Assembly: GCA_965113315.1 (NCBI GenBank)
Contig: OZ220366.1
Length of the DNA: 64,000 bases
Strand: one strand, 5' to 3'
Source of the DNA: Podarcis vaucheri
Taxonomy: Eukaryota
The notes below the pieces were generated by a model that was given only the letters and a program-made list of their open reading frames with translations, searched no databases and had not been told where the DNA came from. Made by a program: the position numbers and the translations under genes. Positions 60,656 through 64,000 of the stretch are shown one piece after another (position 1 is the stretch's first letter; each line of letters opens with the position of its first letter).

Positions 60656-63600
60656 TTCCCAAACCAGGGAAGGATTTCTATACTGTATAGCATTCATTTC
60701 CTCCTTTTCCCTCAGTGTGCACACAAACACCATACCAGGCTAATGTTTTGGAGGCATAGTCTGGGTATGCCTCCCAAGGGCTGCATTTTGCCGCCCCTCC
60801 CCTTAAACTGAAATTTCCACTCTGAGGAAAGTCTGAAAGGGATTGCAGGCATGCTTGTTTGCAGGGCCAATGGGGTGGGGGTGGACGGGGCAGGCGGGAG
60901 GGCCACTTGGCCTGGGAATCAAGCTCAAAGGCGCCTCAAATTCAGACACACTAATATTTGGGCACTTGATCGGTTTGGCGATTTACATGCTTCAAACCAA
61001 AATGTAGCGTGCGTGCTCAGAGCTGCAAATTTAAGGAGGAAAGAGCTGTGATTAAGTAAAAGGATCTTTCATTTTGCTTAACAGGTACTGATTTTGTCGT
61101 ATTAAAGAGTCGATGTTTATAAATATTGATGAATGAGGGGCTGCTCCCCAGGCTGGCCCACCTATTCCCCCCCCACTCCTTTTACACCTTGCTAAACCCT
61201 CATCCCCTCTCCCTCATTTCTTTTATGCCTCCCCAACCCCCCCTCCCCTTAACCTTGTCAAACCATACCTTTCAGCCCTCTGAAACCTCACACCCTTCCT
61301 TCAGGCATTGCTAAAACCACAGGAACCAACTCCTAGGGGCCAATGGGTCTTCGGGCCCCCCAATAAAATATCTGAAGGGGTCTGCCCCCACCCCAAGTTG
61401 ATGGGCATTGCCATTCAAATAGCGTGTATGTGCTGGCCCAAACTATGCCCGACTCCGCTTATAACTTGCCAAACCCCCTTCCCCTTGCAAACCCTGCTTT
61501 GCTTCCCCTTACCTGCTTGCCCAAACCCATGAGCTGATAGAAGTCAGGACAGACCGTTGCACCTTTCCAGCAGCCATCCCTCACTGCTGCCATTTCTTTC
61601 TTCCTTGGCCTATGACACTGCAGAGGCCCAATCAGTGGGGTCTGTGCCAGATGAGCAGTGGCAACACAGCAGGATAATTGCTCTGGAGCTGCCCTGCCCT
61701 GTCTATTCCTCTGCGGCTCACCTGGGCTGTGCCCCATCTGCACTGGTCTTCTGGGCCACTTGCTCACTCATCTGCCTGCTTTGTTGTCGTGCTAGTTTGC
61801 ATGGATGCCTAATGGCAGCGTAACAGCCTTATAGTTTTATTATATAGTTAGAAATGTATCGGTTCTCCTGGCAGAAGATTAGACCATGATGAATATGTCC
61901 CCTCAGATCAACAGATTATACAAACCAGCCTCTCATCCTTTATTATGTGCCTTAGTATGTTTTCATATTTCCATCTTAATTACTCAGAACTATTTGCACC
62001 AATGCTTACATCTTTATTTCCAAGTTTGGCATTCCATAAATGGTATCGGGGTGAAAACTCCTAGGGGCTGAAACCCTTTGGGTCCCCTCAATGTTTATCC
62101 ATGCTGTACGTGATTTTATGATGTTGTATGCAATGCCCAGATACAATGCTGTCGCGCATGACATCCAGGCATCATGCAGCCATGTGAGCCAGGAACACAG
62201 TGGCTCCTTCTCCTTCCATAGAAAGGAAGCAGCCCCTAGCCTGTGGCGCCGGAGGAGGCAGAGGAGGCACCAGCCATGAAAGCCAAGCTGCCATGCAAAG
62301 CCTGGGTGATGCAGCTGCACATCACACGTGACGCCTGGATGTGATCTCAGCCCCCCATCTCTTTCCCAGATTGGCGCACCTGAATGGAACGAAGTCTGCG
62401 TTAGGATGCAATCTTAGTAAGATAAAATGGGGTGCCACTGAATGTATCACTCATGATTCACACATTTTAAGTGTTTTCTGTTTGCAAGGGAGGTGAGAGA
62501 GTAAGATTTTGCAATGATCTTATTGAAGTCCTACTTCAGTTTGGTTATTACATCCATCATGTTACCTTTTATTATTGTTCTGGGTTGCACTGAGTGAAGA
62601 GGAACAACAGAACTTTCTGGACAAGTTAAATAGAGAGTCAATGTGAGTGCATCAACTTCCACTCTTACAACCATGACATGTAAAACTGAGCAGAGTGTAG
62701 TGTAACAAATCTGTGCTGTAGTTTCCTTTCAAGGTTATGTAACACGGAATGGAACTGATGGTAATAGTAGTGTGAGCCATTTGCTTTAAACATGGTAAAT
62801 CCTTCAGCCGCCATCCATCATAAAACAAAGTCTTCCCAATCTTTCCTTTGTGGTGGTGGGGACAGGAACAAAATGAAGATTCGACAAAATTCTGTTCTGG
62901 AATTCACTACACTGATTCTAGCAGAGTTTCTGCAAAAGTGCCAATGTATATGACATTTAGAGGGTAGCACAAGCAATGCTCCAGACTCCCACTTCTCATA
63001 CGAGAGATCCAACAAGTCATCCTACAGAAGACAATACGTATTGAAAACCATGATGGGCCATTGATCTGCAAGGAAAAGTCAGTTGGGTGCCACATGATGG
63101 GAAGATAGAGCCAGAACAGGTTTTTAAATTCTTGTTTTAATGATGGTTTAACTATGACCTGTAAAAAATAGATACACAGAGCACTTTGTTTATGGCAAGT
63201 TTTTTAAAAATTTATTTTTCAGAATACTTTTCAAATACAAATGACACAATCCATTCAGAAAGTATGACAAACACAAGAAATGAATACTGGAGAGGATATT
63301 ACACTTTAACACACTGTAGCAGTATTCATTTTGACACTCAGAATCTTATCTTCCCTAAAATCTCTGGGCATACTGCACAGCTACCACCACTACAACCCAG
63401 CAATATACTTTATCAGGGAGCCTCCAAAACATTTTCTATTTCACATACAGTGCCTTCCATTTACTCCACATAGGCTTAATGTACGCAAACAAAATACAGT
63501 GATTTGTCGTAATAGATGGCAACAAATTTACACTGCCTGCTCTTTGTCACAAACAAGGAGTATACATCACAGGTGATAGAACATGGTCTTCATTTGCAGT

Positions 63601-64000
63601 GTTTATTTGTCTTCACACTGGGGGTAAAATGGGAAAGCTTTCTTTGTCTACTGCATTTTTCAAGTGCATTGGGAGCTGCTGAATTGTAACCCAAATTAAT
63701 CACATGTCAGTTTGTAATACGATGGAACAACTCAAGACCACCTCCTGGGTAAGTGCTGGGAAATACTTAATTCCGTGATTTATTCCTCTTTAGAGCTTCT
63801 ACCCCAGTTCCAAACCATTATTCTTGTTCCTTTGGAATTTTGAGCTCATTTTTTCCAGACAAGAGACCCTTTTCCATCTACCAACATACCAAGCAAAGAT
63901 TCTATACAGCAACCCGTAATGGTAATGCCAAGCGTTTCTCATTTCCAACTGAAAAGCTTGAAACATCCATCAAAATATGATCATACAAAATTCACGTTAA

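Overview
Vertebrate genomic DNA from a squamate reptile; the Sauria SINE and MITE families suggest a lacertid lizard. The window holds one complete protein-coding gene on the minus strand, CLCN4 (ClC-4 endosomal 2Cl-/H+ exchanger). I reconstructed 11 coding exons (29918-53275) with GT-AG junctions. They sum to 2283 nt, i.e. 760 aa plus stop. The GSGIPE, GKEGP (E224), E281 and GLFIP motifs and two CBS domains are intact. A probable promoter with a perfect CLEAR/E-box palindrome and two predicted 5' leader exons lie at about 59.6-60.0 kb, and a long 3'UTR probably runs to about 26.6 kb. The remainder is intronic or intergenic DNA rich in transposons: Sauria/Squam SINEs, Tc1/mariner and hAT MITEs, L2/CR1/Rex1/L1 fragments, an ORF-bearing solo LTR, a 1.4-kb non-autonomous L1-like element and a Penelope-derived perfect palindrome with a hammerhead-ribozyme core. 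Most ORF-track entries are spurious. I found no evidence of a wholly new multi-gene system. The best leads are the retroelement structures and unusual CLCN4 splice and leader features. Exon numbers follow human CLCN4 from memory.
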